Virus record (IMG/VR): IMGVR_UViG_3300022555_000004
DNA from: a virus
Taxonomy: Duplodnaviria; Caudoviricetes
Length of the DNA stretch: 64,000 nucleotides
Reading direction: 5' to 3' (one strand)
Made by a program: the position numbers and the translations under genes. The notes beneath the pieces are model-generated. The model was not told the origin of the DNA and searched no databases. It saw only the letters and a program-made list of their open reading frames with translations. Below, piece by piece: positions 19,244 through 28,796 of the stretch (position 1 is the first letter of the stretch; each line of letters begins with the position of its first letter).

Positions 19244-20040
19244 TTTACTCCAAGGATATGTTCATTAGGATTTATAAAATTATACCAATGCATCGGGTCA
19301 ATAGTTTTCTCAAAAAATAATGGAACATATGTTTTTGGTTTTATAATCTCTATTGGTTCTATTGTTTTAGTTGATTTCACATACCAAAATCGTTGACCGT
19401 CCGGCCCTAATCTATATTGTTGTGAATACTTATAAACCTTTTCCCCATATGAATAATTTACATCACAAAAGGATAACCATTTTGTTTTAGCTTTATCAGT
19501 ATATACACCACCACGAACACAATATTTTTTCATCTCTGTGTTGTCGCATACAGTTCCACCACGTTCACTTTCATAAAAGAACCAATATCCACCATTATAA
19601 AATCTGTATACATCGGCTAAATTTTCACCACATATATCTTTATACTTAGAAGGATATCCTTTATTCTTGTTCTTACCTACTGTAATTGATTGTTGATTAA
19701 ACTTTTGTGTTCTAATCAACATGATATAATACGACTGAGCACGTATAGAACTTTGTACATTATATGGGTCAATGGTAATATATTTTCTTATTTCGGCCGT
19801 TACTCCTGTTGATGGTGTGAATTGAAATAATCCAATGCCCCCATCAAATGATACTAAATCACCACGGCAGGATGTTTCAGTTATAGCACATCCGATATTA
19901 TACCACCAAGGAAAACTAGGGCCATTATATTGTATACCATATGCCCGTATATCTGGCAAATAATCTTGACATCTATCCTTAGCAACGGATGAAAAAGGCA
20001 ATAGTGCCATAAGTAGTATAAGTAACCATTTTTTAATCAT
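19240..20040 (-). CDS. Lytic transglycosylase (SLT) with signal peptide, probable endolysin
   Basis: ITETSCR catalytic Glu, GIGLFQFTPST, YNGG. Confidence 0.8.
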   Translation of the reverse strand: MIKKWLLILLMALLPFSSVAKDRCQDYLPDIRAYGIQYNGPSFPWWYNIGCAITETSCRGDLVSFDGGIGLFQFTPSTGVTAEIRKYITIDPYNVQSSIRAQSYYIMLIRTQKFNQQSITVGKNKNKGYPSKYKDICGENLADVYRFYNGGYWFFYESERGGTVCDNTEMKKYCVRGGVYTDKAKTKWLSFCDVNYSYGEKVYKYSQQYRLGPDGQRFWYVKSTKTIEPIEIIKPKTYVPLFFEKTIDPMHWYNFINPNEHILGVK

Positions 20041-20543
20041 TAGTTCTCCAATACCATAAGTTGAACATCTGTTACTATGCCCTTATACGGCGTTCCAAGT
20101 GGGACAAATCCTAATTTTTTATTGACAATCAACGATGCTTTGTTCGTTACTCTTATTGTAGCATATATGCCTTGATTGTTTACCTTAACAAACAATTTCT
20201 TTTTCAATAATGTATTATATCCTTTTCCTCTGCTCGATGGATCAGTAAATGAGAATCCAACTTCATATGGATAGTCATCAGCGTAATCTTCAACACCGGC
20301 TTTTCTGAAAATGTCAAAATCACCCTCTTTTAGTGAAGTGACTGCCTTGATTGCCGACCCTTCAAATAGAAATCCTACCCAAATCAATTCTTTGAATGAA
20401 TTTTTGACGTGGGCAGGCGTGTTCTGATCACCTGATACTACGAGGTCAATAAATTTTTGACGGTCTTCTAGGGAACATTCAGACGGTTTTTGTATAACAA
20501 TTTTTACATTGCTTTGTTCTGTTATATATTGTTGTAATCTCAA
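20040..20543 (-). CDS. GNAT acetyltransferase (TTG start, MRLQQYITE)
   Basis: TDPSSRGKGY, NKAS...KKLGF. Confidence 0.75.
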   Translation of the reverse strand: MRLQQYITEQSNVKIVIQKPSECSLEDRQKFIDLVVSGDQNTPAHVKNSFKELIWVGFLFEGSAIKAVTSLKEGDFDIFRKAGVEDYADDYPYEVGFSFTDPSSRGKGYNTLLKKKLFVKVNNQGIYATIRVTNKASLIVNKKLGFVPLGTPYKGIVTDVQLMVLEN

Positions 20544-20547
20544 TGGT

Positions 20548-20871
20548 TTATCCGCCTCTTGCCCACGCAAAGATTATTGTTACATACCAAGCAATAATCA
20601 ATAGATTGTTTGACCAATCCTTTTCTAATGCAAAATTGATATATGGGAATATGATTTTTCGTGATATATGAGCATGAATGATACCAGCAGATACAAATAC
20701 TAATTTACTAAAGAAGATACTGATTAGTCCTAGTTTTGCTGTAGCGGGTAATATAACATCAGGAGCAAAAAATGCTATCAAGAATACACCTAATAACATC
20801 AAGGCATCAATTGATATTCGTTTTATAAAATCAAATTTAGATATTTTTGCTTCATCTTTTTTATCTGACAT
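20548..20871 (-). CDS. Putative 3-TM holin
   Basis: Three hydrophobic segments, HISRKIIFPYI; near the SLT; TATAAATA at 20907..20914. Confidence 0.6.
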   Translation of the reverse strand: MSDKKDEAKISKFDFIKRISIDALMLLGVFLIAFFAPDVILPATAKLGLISIFFSKLVFVSAGIIHAHISRKIIFPYINFALEKDWSNNLLIIAWYVTIIFAWARGG

Positions 20872-20974
20872 AACACACCTCTTTACACTAATTTATTTCA
20901 TATCTTTATTTATAAAAAAAAACACTAAAGAAACGAAACTTCCTTAGTGTTTTTATATATGATATGTGTTTATT

Positions 20975-21185
20975 CTATTTCGTTGCCTGCTTATATAATC
21001 TAATAATCGAAACTCCTACACATAATAGTAACCAACCAATCATGAACATAGGCGATGTTCCAAACCAACTATCCATCTTCAATCCAACAAAGGTGAATAA
21101 CATTGTGCTTAATACCATTATAAACGACCAAGCACTCAACGAATATACTTTCTGCATTATGTTTCTTTGTGTGTTATTCATAATA
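20975..21185 (-). CDS. AtpZ/AtpI-family (ATPase_gene1-like) membrane protein; start uncertain
   Basis: MVLSTMLFTFVGLKMDSWFGTSPMFMIGWLLL pattern. Confidence 0.65.
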
Positions 21186-22028
21186 TCCTCCGATATTTTT
21201 ATGTACTTCACACATTTTCTTTTTTGTTTCTTCGTTATGTTTTTTACCATACATACCATTTTTACACCCTCTACAGGATTCACTAATCTTTCTTTTTGTT
21301 TCTTCTGTATGTGTTCTTCCTTTCATAATCTCACTATGATGTTTTCTTTGTTCTTCTGATATTATCTTTCCTTTATGTCTATCACTCATTTTCTTTTTTG
21401 ATTCGGTTGTATGTTTACGACCCTTACCAGACTTACTCATTTTCTGCTTTGTTTCTTCTGATACTTCTATACCTTTATGTGACTCACTCATTTTCTGCTT
21501 TGTTTCTTCTGAAGCAAAATGTTTTCCTTTATTGGATTCGCTTATTTTCTGTCGTGATTTTTCTGATAGTATCCGTTCTTTTGCGTATATACTAGCCGCT
21601 TGTTTTATCCTTAGTTTTATCTCATCCGTTCTATTTTTATACGCCTCTCTCATTTTTTGTTTTGCATCATCTGTATGACATATACCAGCCATTCCTCCAC
21701 TAATTGTGTCAACAAAATTACATAGAGGGCCTGTATTATTGTTTTGTCTACCAACAGCTCGGTTTATTTTTCCTTCTAAAACAAATGCATCATATTCATT
21801 TAAATGTTCTGTATGAAAAATAATTAAAGGCGTGCCTATCTCTTTTATTTTATTACTGAAATCTTTATTATAACATCTTTTCAAATGACTATGCGCCCGT
21901 CCATTACACCCTTTACCTACATAGAATGGTTCATAACCAAACTCATATTCACCATACACATAGTTACCAGGCTTACGTGGATCAAGATATACATAGACAT
22001 AAAAAATATTTTCTTCTGGGTTACACAT
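21174..22028 (-). CDS. GIY-YIG homing endonuclease with NUMOD3 repeats
   Basis: YVYVYLDP...FYVGKG; repeated SEETKQKMS. Confidence 0.85.
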   Translation of the reverse strand: MCNPEENIFYVYVYLDPRKPGNYVYGEYEFGYEPFYVGKGCNGRAHSHLKRCYNKDFSNKIKEIGTPLIIFHTEHLNEYDAFVLEGKINRAVGRQNNNTGPLCNFVDTISGGMAGICHTDDAKQKMREAYKNRTDEIKLRIKQAASIYAKERILSEKSRQKISESNKGKHFASEETKQKMSESHKGIEVSEETKQKMSKSGKGRKHTTESKKKMSDRHKGKIISEEQRKHHSEIMKGRTHTEETKRKISESCRGCKNGMYGKKHNEETKKKMCEVHKNIGGYYE

Positions 22029-22040
22029 AGATTACCTCAC

Positions 22041-22128
22041 TATAAATAGAATTGGAAGGGACAGCGGATACCTCACGCCGTTGCTTGTGTGGTCTCAACA
22101 CCAAGCTTACCTTCTATATCTATTTATA
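22041..22128 (-). ncRNA. Conserved structured leader, copy 1
   Basis: GAAGG-TAA-[hairpin]-AA-[hairpin]-TC-CCTTC, flanked by TATAAATA / TATTTATA. Confidence 0.7.
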
Positions 22129-22163
22129 AAATTGTATAATATGGTAAATCTAAAAACTTAATA

Positions 22164-22439
22164 TTAAGCAGAAACAAGAGTTTTGATGGCATCAATAACT
22201 GGATTAGTAAACAAAGATACCAATAAGGTATAAAGAGCAAATGTTCCAATAGCTTCACTTGTAAATATTCTTTTATACTTGTTCTTTAATCCTACAATAA
22301 CTAAACCACCCACCATCAAACATCCAAGTTGAAAATAAGGAAATGCTTCGATTGGTGCTGCTGTTGCCTGTGCAATTGCAAATGTGCCTGTCATCAATAC
22401 TACTGCCGCTGTCGTCAATAATGTCGTTAATTTTTTCAT
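22164..22439 (-). CDS. Host-type small membrane protein (precursor with signal-like N-terminus)
   Basis: FPYFQLGCLMVGGLVIVGLKNKY...LFTNPVI. Confidence 0.6.
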   Translation of the reverse strand: MKKLTTLLTTAAVVLMTGTFAIAQATAAPIEAFPYFQLGCLMVGGLVIVGLKNKYKRIFTSEAIGTFALYTLLVSLFTNPVIDAIKTLVSA

Positions 22440-22553
22440 ATCATTTCTCCTAAACTAAAGTATTTTTGTCACAATCATGCCTTATTAAGTAGAAATATCT
22501 ATACCAAAGTGACCTGTTTTTGAAAATATATTTTAAACTGACTGAATAAAGAC

Positions 22554-22582
22554 TTGACAAAAATAATAAGATAAGATATAAT
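22554..22582 (+). promoter_or_regulatory. Sigma70 promoter
   Basis: TTGACA-17nt-TATAAT. Confidence 0.75.
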
Positions 22583-22678
22583 GTTTACAAATGAAAAATT
22601 GAACATTATATCAAATGGTATTGAACGAAATGATTTAATGAAGTTACATACTTAACTAATGATTGAACGAGGTGATAA

Positions 22679-23209
22679 ATGAATGAAAATATATATTATG
22701 TCTATGTTTTTTTAGACCAAATGAAAGAAGGTATTTATAATTATGGTGGTGAATATATGTTCAACTATGAACCGTTTTATGTTGGTAAAGGAAAAAATGG
22801 TCGATATTCATCACATCTAAAAGGCAAATCACACAATAAAGAATTAAGAGCGAGAATAGATTATATAAAAGAAACAACAAAAACAGAACCAACTATTATG
22901 AAACTCTATTATCATTTGAGTAATTCTGATGCCATAATTGAAGAACGGCGAGCGATCAATATTATTGGAACCAAAACCAGTAAACGAATCAAAGGGCCAT
23001 TAGTCAATAAAGATTTTTCTAATGTATATGACAATTCTATACCTAATATAGACAAAGAAACTTACATTTTGGATCACCCTTATATTTCATCACAACAAGT
23101 ATTTATTGGTATATACAATTTTCTTGCTTTCTGTAAACGAAAACATTTGAATAGTCAATCGTTAATTGACGGTAAAATAATTGATGGATGGTCTTTAACT
23201 ATTGTATAA
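22679..23209 (+). CDS. GIY-YIG-type endonuclease (no NUMOD3 repeats)
   Basis: YYVYVFLD...EPFYVGKG; homologous to 21174..22028. Confidence 0.75.
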   Translation: MNENIYYVYVFLDQMKEGIYNYGGEYMFNYEPFYVGKGKNGRYSSHLKGKSHNKELRARIDYIKETTKTEPTIMKLYYHLSNSDAIIEERRAINIIGTKTSKRIKGPLVNKDFSNVYDNSIPNIDKETYILDHPYISSQQVFIGIYNFLAFCKRKHLNSQSLIDGKIIDGWSLTIV

Positions 23210-23210
23210 T

Positions 23211-23239
23211 AAAAAAGGGAGGCTCTATGGCCTCCCTTC
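23211..23239 (-). terminator. Rho-independent terminator after gp32
   Basis: GGGAGGC/GCCTCCC hairpin plus U-run. Confidence 0.75.
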
Positions 23240-23259
23240 AAAACTATTTTAATTCCGTA

Positions 23260-24231
23260 TTAACGCATGGCTCTAAGCTCGGCCATCAAATCTGCTTCAT
23301 CCAAATCACCTGTTTCAACGGCTTCTGCTTCCAATGTGGTTGCTGGTACTTCTTCACCTAATTCAGCGGGCACATCATCAACAACTTTTGATGCCTTAAT
23401 AGGAGCGCCGTTGTGTTTCTGCCATTCTACTTCAACCATATCCCACAACATTTCGTTTTTCAACATCTTGATTGTATCGTCTTTTGACATTTCAAGGCTT
23501 GTAAGATATTCATCAATAGAATATGTTGAACCCATAATTTCCTTAATCCTTGCATCATTGTCAGCCAATGGTGAAGATTTGCGTGAGAAAATAGAATCCG
23601 AATAATCAGGATATGTATTTCCCTTTGCATCTGGTTTGGTTGATTTGATTTTGATTATGATATTATGTCCATCTGCGCCTGGGTCAAATATGGCATAGCC
23701 TAATCCTTCCTTCTTATCCAAAACCTCATTCTTTAACTTAGATTCTAGTTTAGAAGGAAATTCATATAACTTCGTTTTACCTGATGCCTTCTTTGTTTCA
23801 TCATCTTGGTCTTTATCTCTTGGGTCATCAACAACATAAAAATTGCCGACATGACGTTCTTTCCTCTTTCTGGCAAAAGCAACCTTCTTGTCATCTGCTG
23901 TACCTGTATATAGTGAACTTACAACGGAACATACCGGACAAAAACATTCCATTCCATGTGTTTTAGGGCACATAAAGAATATCCACCGATCTCCAGATTT
24001 CCACATATGATAGAAATACTTGCGCGTGAAACATCCCTTCTGATCAGGAATAAATCTTCCTTCATATACTTTTGCTTTTTCAGCAGTTCCTGCTTGTGGT
24101 GATTGCCATACGAAATCTTGCCGCCTTATTGGGTTTTTTACTTCACTAATTTCCTTTTGTTTTTCGCCAACATAATTGTCGAAAAGTTTAGCATTGATCC
24201 ATTTTGATTGCCCCATTTCTATTACCTCCAT
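23260..24231 (-). CDS. Single-stranded DNA-binding protein (T4 gp32-like)
   Basis: NFYVVDDP, YEF..KL, IFDP..G, YPDYSDS, acidic tail. Confidence 0.8.
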   Translation of the reverse strand: MEVIEMGQSKWINAKLFDNYVGEKQKEISEVKNPIRRQDFVWQSPQAGTAEKAKVYEGRFIPDQKGCFTRKYFYHMWKSGDRWIFFMCPKTHGMECFCPVCSVVSSLYTGTADDKKVAFARKRKERHVGNFYVVDDPRDKDQDDETKKASGKTKLYEFPSKLESKLKNEVLDKKEGLGYAIFDPGADGHNIIIKIKSTKPDAKGNTYPDYSDSIFSRKSSPLADNDARIKEIMGSTYSIDEYLTSLEMSKDDTIKMLKNEMLWDMVEVEWQKHNGAPIKASKVVDDVPAELGEEVPATTLEAEAVETGDLDEADLMAELRAMR

Positions 24232-24308
24232 TCAATTTGCTTAGTTATTGCCTTAAGCGGCATTATTTTACCCTTGTGGGTATATTTTAATTAGTGTAAC
24301 ATTATTCA

Positions 24309-24560
24309 TTAGTATTGTAAACTATTTTTTATCCAATATTGAATTGTAGCTGTTGGAATAGACATCATATCTGATATTTGTTTTTGTGTTTTACCATTTA
24401 TTTTTAGTGATATGGCCTCTAAAATGATAGCATTAGAATATTTTTGATTCTTTCCTTTACCAGACTTGCTTATGTTTCTTTTGTGTTCTTCGGATTTATG
24501 TCTGCCTTTAGCTGATTTACTAATATTCTTCTTATGTTCTTCTGAAAATATTTTTTCCAT
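24309..24560 (-). CDS. NUMOD3 plus HTH mini-protein lacking a nuclease domain
   Basis: SEEHKKNISKS x2, then TQKQISDMMSIPTATIQYW. Confidence 0.6.
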   Translation of the reverse strand: MEKIFSEEHKKNISKSAKGRHKSEEHKRNISKSGKGKNQKYSNAIILEAISLKINGKTQKQISDMMSIPTATIQYWIKNSLQY

Positions 24561-24561
24561 T

Positions 24562-24831
24562 TCATATTAGATCCTTTATTTTATAAATTAGTTTCCAAAA
24601 CCATACTCGAAATTGTCTAATTGGGTGACCCTTTAAATAACGAGTATGTAGTATTTTAACAGCGTCTGTTTCTTTCATTCGTCTCATTCCTCCACAATAT
24701 TCTGGACTAGCACAATGAGATAATCCGATACTTCTACAATCTGGACAATATAGTCCAGATGGATTATCTGAAATTGGAGCATTTTTTGCTGGTTTCTTTT
24801 CCAGATATTCAAATGGTTTCATTTTGTTCAA
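24562..24831 (-). CDS. Hypothetical Cys-containing protein
   Basis: CPDC...HC...C. Confidence 0.5.
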   Translation of the reverse strand: MNKMKPFEYLEKKPAKNAPISDNPSGLYCPDCRSIGLSHCASPEYCGGMRRMKETDAVKILHTRYLKGHPIRQFRVWFWKLIYKIKDLI

Positions 24832-25051
24832 TTTGCTTATATTTTTCGATTTCCTCTATTAATATACTTGTTACAGAATATTGTATCAATTTTGTAATAT
24901 CATTCTCACTCAATGGTAAAGTATATTGTACCTCATTTGGTTCAAGTTGTAAACGACTCATTGCATATGTTAATAATTTTTCTATATCTAGTTCTGCCAA
25001 ATCAACGTCACAAACGAAATTCCCATCTGTATCTTCAATTCTTATAATCAT
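24809..25051 (-). CDS. Hypothetical protein
   Basis: ORF in operon. Confidence 0.55.
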   Translation of the reverse strand: MIIRIEDTDGNFVCDVDLAELDIEKLLTYAMSRLQLEPNEVQYTLPLSENDITKLIQYSVTSILIEEIEKYKQIEQNETI

Positions 25052-25223
25052 CTTTTCCTATTCCTATTCCTTCTTTTAATTTTTCAAGTTCATCGGCAAA
25101 TACAGCCCGAAATGCCATCAATGCCACTCGTCTACGTCTATCGTATTCGGATTCAGATTCAAATACTTCTAAACATTCATCTTTCAATTCATTAGTTGGC
25201 AATGATGTCATATTGGTTCCCAA
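25035..25223 (-). CDS. Hypothetical protein
   Basis: ORF in operon. Confidence 0.5.
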   Translation of the reverse strand: MGTNMTSLPTNELKDECLEVFESESEYDRRRRVALMAFRAVFADELEKLKEGIGIGKDDYKN

Positions 25224-25402
25224 TTTTTCTTATTACTTTCTATTTCTTGAAGTATCATATCATCACGAACGCTTTTCATATAAACTAAAGAAGATGTTGA
25301 CCATCCATCATAACAATCTAACCAATACCATAAAATCTTCCTTTGAATTTTATATTGTCCTGAAACTTTATTTTTAACAATTCTAAGTTTATTCATAACC
25401 AT
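25208..25402 (-). CDS. Hypothetical protein
   Basis: ORF in operon. Confidence 0.5.
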   Translation of the reverse strand: MVMNKLRIVKNKVSGQYKIQRKILWYWLDCYDGWSTSSLVYMKSVRDDMILQEIESNKKNWEPI

Positions 25403-25414
25403 TATTACCTTTTC

Positions 25415-26335
25415 TTATACATTACCACATGTTATAAAATCTGTAAACGTTTTTCTTTCAGTAAATCCAGCAGCATTTTTATGACCACCACCGCCATATT
25501 TTACGGCAATCCTTGATACATCAATCTTAACACTTCGTAATTGATTTATCTTTAATATTCCACCTGTTACTTCATCTAATTTGTGATAAAATATCCAAGC
25601 CAGGTCGTAATTACGTTCTTTATATATAATATGCCCTAATTGTGATGCCGACCTCAAATGTGTTGAATTAATCATTAAACATGAATACATTTTATCTTCC
25701 CACATAATAGGCAACGGAAATCCAATTTCATCAATCATCTGATTCAATTCCCTATATTTTATATCCTTTGCATCTTTACCTAATTTGAATAATGGTTTAA
25801 ATTCATCATCAGGTAATGACAACAAATAATCCCATATATTCCCTTTAATATCAGATAAATCTATACTTTGTGTGTATTCATAGAAATGTAATGTATTATC
25901 ACCATATCTCATTACCCATCTATCATAATCATCAACTAATGCTACAACACATGGAATACTCTTTTTTGGTTTGATAACATTATATGCATCAGGATGAAAA
26001 TATAACCAAGTCAACATAGCTCCAGAATAATCAATAGACCTCATTCCTTTCAAATCACTAAATTCTGTTAATCCTTCTATGACAGATTTGTGATGGTCAA
26101 TATGCACCACGTTCTCTCGTCCAACAATATCAATCAATTCATTAAACTTATCTCGTTTTAATGAATAATCTAAGATATAAACTTTATCCATATCTTTTGT
26201 AAATGTTGGTTGTTTCAAATTATAATCTGTTTCAATACATATGATTTCATCATATCTATTCTTCAATTCTCTATATGCTACAGCGGCCGCACACCTGCCA
26301 TCCAAATCATTGTGTGCACAGATGACTATTGACAA
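25415..26335 (-). CDS. DHH/DHHA1 phosphoesterase
   Basis: HNDLDG, IDHH, GGGGHKNAAGF. Confidence 0.9.
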   Translation of the reverse strand: MSIVICAHNDLDGRCAAAVAYRELKNRYDEIICIETDYNLKQPTFTKDMDKVYILDYSLKRDKFNELIDIVGRENVVHIDHHKSVIEGLTEFSDLKGMRSIDYSGAMLTWLYFHPDAYNVIKPKKSIPCVVALVDDYDRWVMRYGDNTLHFYEYTQSIDLSDIKGNIWDYLLSLPDDEFKPLFKLGKDAKDIKYRELNQMIDEIGFPLPIMWEDKMYSCLMINSTHLRSASQLGHIIYKERNYDLAWIFYHKLDEVTGGILKINQLRSVKIDVSRIAVKYGGGGHKNAAGFTERKTFTDFITCGNV

Positions 26336-26337
26336 TT

Positions 26338-26544
26338 TTAAATATCCTCACTTTCATTTATAATTTTTGATGCTCGTTTTCTTGCTTCAATCATTGCTCT
26401 TGGATGCCTATAAATGTCACGAAATTTCTCAACCATCATATCAATTGTTGTATGTTCGCCTTTATAATCAGTGTCATCAACAGTTATAGTATTTTTAGCA
26501 ATAATTTTATATCTTGATTCATTCATTGGGCTTGTATCTTTCAT
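26338..26544 (-). CDS. Hypothetical protein
   Basis: ORF in operon. Confidence 0.5.
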   Translation of the reverse strand: MKDTSPMNESRYKIIAKNTITVDDTDYKGEHTTIDMMVEKFRDIYRHPRAMIEARKRASKIINESEDI

Positions 26545-26546
26545 GA

Positions 26547-26882
26547 TTATAAATACTCCTTAAATGCTTGCCACCAACTCATTTCATATTCTTTATGCCT
26601 ATATATAATTCGTTCCATTGTTCTCAAATTAGATTCAATCCATATCTTTATACCATAACCAATACAACATAATAATATAGCTCCAGAAATACTTGTAAAT
26701 ATTAATAACATAATTTCAAGCATAACAATCAGTTTTATCAACATAACAATCAGTTCTATCAACATAGCCAATCCAACAACAATACCGATCCAAAGACCAA
26801 TCAATAAACACCATTTGATAATTTCATACAACTTCAATAACACAAACACAATTATTTTTTCTATCATTTTATTCACCAACAC
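26547..26882 (-). CDS. Membrane protein
   Basis: Long hydrophobic stretch. Confidence 0.55.
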   Translation of the reverse strand: MLVNKMIEKIIVFVLLKLYEIIKWCLLIGLWIGIVVGLAMLIELIVMLIKLIVMLEIMLLIFTSISGAILLCCIGYGIKIWIESNLRTMERIIYRHKEYEMSWWQAFKEYL

Positions 26883-27236
26883 TTTCGTCTTTAATCATTT
26901 TATATCCCTTTGCAATACTATTCCTGATACCAATTTCTAAATATCTGTCCTTATTTTCAATTATGACATATTGTAATATCTGTTCAAGATTCGTGAACCA
27001 TTGACTATCAGGCACAGTTTGTAAAAAATTAATCTCCATATTATTATCTCCTATTATTTTTTAATCATCATCTGGTAATATTCTTTCCATCATCTCTGTT
27101 AATTCATCATCCTTATATCTTTTCTTGATTTCATCACTTACTTCTTTATCATATAACATCTGTTGTCCTGCTGATAAACCGGGCGTTTTCGTATTCAATA
27201 ACTTGCCCTTCTTTTTAGTAATCATTCATTATCCTC

Positions 27237-27446
27237 CTAAACTTCATCGTGACATCTTTGTTCACATACACTACAACAATTACAAACAGTTGGATCATCA
27301 CCAAATACATCAAACAATGGGCATATATGTGGATTCTGACCAATTCTAATCTTACAACTCTGACACAGCATATCCTCTGATACTATATCTTTAAAATGGG
27401 GCATCTTCTTCTTCATATTCTTCCTCATATTTTTCATCATGTTCAT
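27237..27446 (-). CDS. Small Cys-rich protein
   Basis: CQSC, HICP, CNCC. Confidence 0.5.
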   Translation of the reverse strand: MNMMKNMRKNMKKKMPHFKDIVSEDMLCQSCKIRIGQNPHICPLFDVFGDDPTVCNCCSVCEQRCHDEV

Positions 27447-27702
27447 TCTTCCATGTTTCTTCGTGTTTTTCTACATATTTGTTATCAACCATATTTATGC
27501 CTTTGATTAGGCCACCTGTCAATGGGCATACACTTGGAAATGTAAAATCAACATTATGATACTTATTTGCCCTAATATTAAGACAAGGATTTATGCAACA
27601 ATATGGACTATAATCTGTTGACCGTTCATGATAATGACAAAATGGACAATCATTACAACCACTTATCTTGATAATGCCTTCTTCAAATACAATTCTATTC
27701 AT
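27391..27702 (-). CDS. Cys-rich protein with acidic DAPF tail
   Basis: CNDCPFC; C-terminus EEEDAPF. Confidence 0.55.
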   Translation of the reverse strand: MNRIVFEEGIIKISGCNDCPFCHYHERSTDYSPYCCINPCLNIRANKYHNVDFTFPSVCPLTGGLIKGINMVDNKYVEKHEETWKNEHDEKYEEEYEEEDAPF

Positions 27703-27716
27703 ATCAATTCCTTTTC

Positions 27717-28328
27717 TTATAATTTACTACTAAATATATTATTCACAACTCTATTGATTTCTTCCGATAATGTCCAATAATTCTTCATCACTAATGGAAT
27801 CAACGCTCGTTCATAATCCTCTAATATTAAAAACTTCTGACTAATTAAAAATGCTAATGTGTGTTTATCAATTCTATTCAATAAGAAATGTTTGATTGGC
27901 GCCTTCATACCATCTTCATTCATTCTACAATATTGTGAATATATATTCAAATCACTACGAAATTCATGTTTATCCATCCATTCCTTAATGTAATATATAC
28001 TATTATTGTAACATTCTAATACATTCCCATTTGTTCTCTTTAATTGCTTATCCTTCTCAATATATGATAACAATATCCGTCTATCATAAAATTTTGAATA
28101 TGAAAATGCCTTACCATGTAACTCAAAACCATAATCAAAATATCTATCCATGTCGATATTTTGCCATCGCGTGTTGAAGGCAATCGTGATTAGCTCTAAT
28201 TGTTTCACATTCTCTTTGGTCATTTTAGACCATACACTATCCCAATTCTTGGGTATACGAAATCCACGCCCTAAATATCTTGATTGTGCCCCACGAAATG
28301 ACAAATATGTATCTTGAATTTCAATCAT
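27717..28328 (-). CDS. Hypothetical protein (possibly helicase-loader-like)
   Basis: 203-aa ORF; function not established. Confidence 0.55.
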   Translation of the reverse strand: MIEIQDTYLSFRGAQSRYLGRGFRIPKNWDSVWSKMTKENVKQLELITIAFNTRWQNIDMDRYFDYGFELHGKAFSYSKFYDRRILLSYIEKDKQLKRTNGNVLECYNNSIYYIKEWMDKHEFRSDLNIYSQYCRMNEDGMKAPIKHFLLNRIDKHTLAFLISQKFLILEDYERALIPLVMKNYWTLSEEINRVVNNIFSSKL

Positions 28329-28329
28329 G

Positions 28330-28560
28330 TTATTTTTTCCTTATAATTAATGATACCATCTTATACAAACCCAATGACATAAGATATAATGTCCCTAATA
28401 TCCCTATGACCGGCCAAAATATACCATATCCTACAGCAAATAATAAATGAAGATTAAATTCTTCAAATGTCAATTTACCATTATGATTACTAATAAAACG
28501 TATAAATGATGCCACACCAACAACAAACAATCCAATAAAATATATTAATTCATAATTCAT
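28330..28560 (-). CDS. Small membrane protein (FWP motif family)
   Basis: GIFWPV. Confidence 0.55.
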   Translation of the reverse strand: MNYELIYFIGLFVVGVASFIRFISNHNGKLTFEEFNLHLLFAVGYGIFWPVIGILGTLYLMSLGLYKMVSLIIRKK

Positions 28561-28793
28561 TTAATCTTCCCTTTCAAATATATCTTATATGCTAAGGCCA
28601 ATATCAATTGACCAATCCACATACCAATTGTAATAGGCCAAAATAATCCCATCACAAAACTAACACCTAAATATAAACAAAAATATCCAAATGAAACAAC
28701 ACCAACAACATTATCATGTTTGAGTAAATATCTAAATGTACCACCCCAAACAAGTATCCATACAACTATATGAAAAATCATCCATAATTCCAT
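28557..28793 (-). CDS. Small membrane protein (FWP motif family)
   Basis: GLFWPI. Confidence 0.55.
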   Translation of the reverse strand: MELWMIFHIVVWILVWGGTFRYLLKHDNVVGVVSFGYFCLYLGVSFVMGLFWPITIGMWIGQLILALAYKIYLKGKIK

Positions 28794-28796
28794 ATC

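Noticed and set aside
27717-28328. Firm call as gp59 helicase loader
   Set aside because: Size is compatible, but I could not recognise diagnostic motifs without an HMM search.
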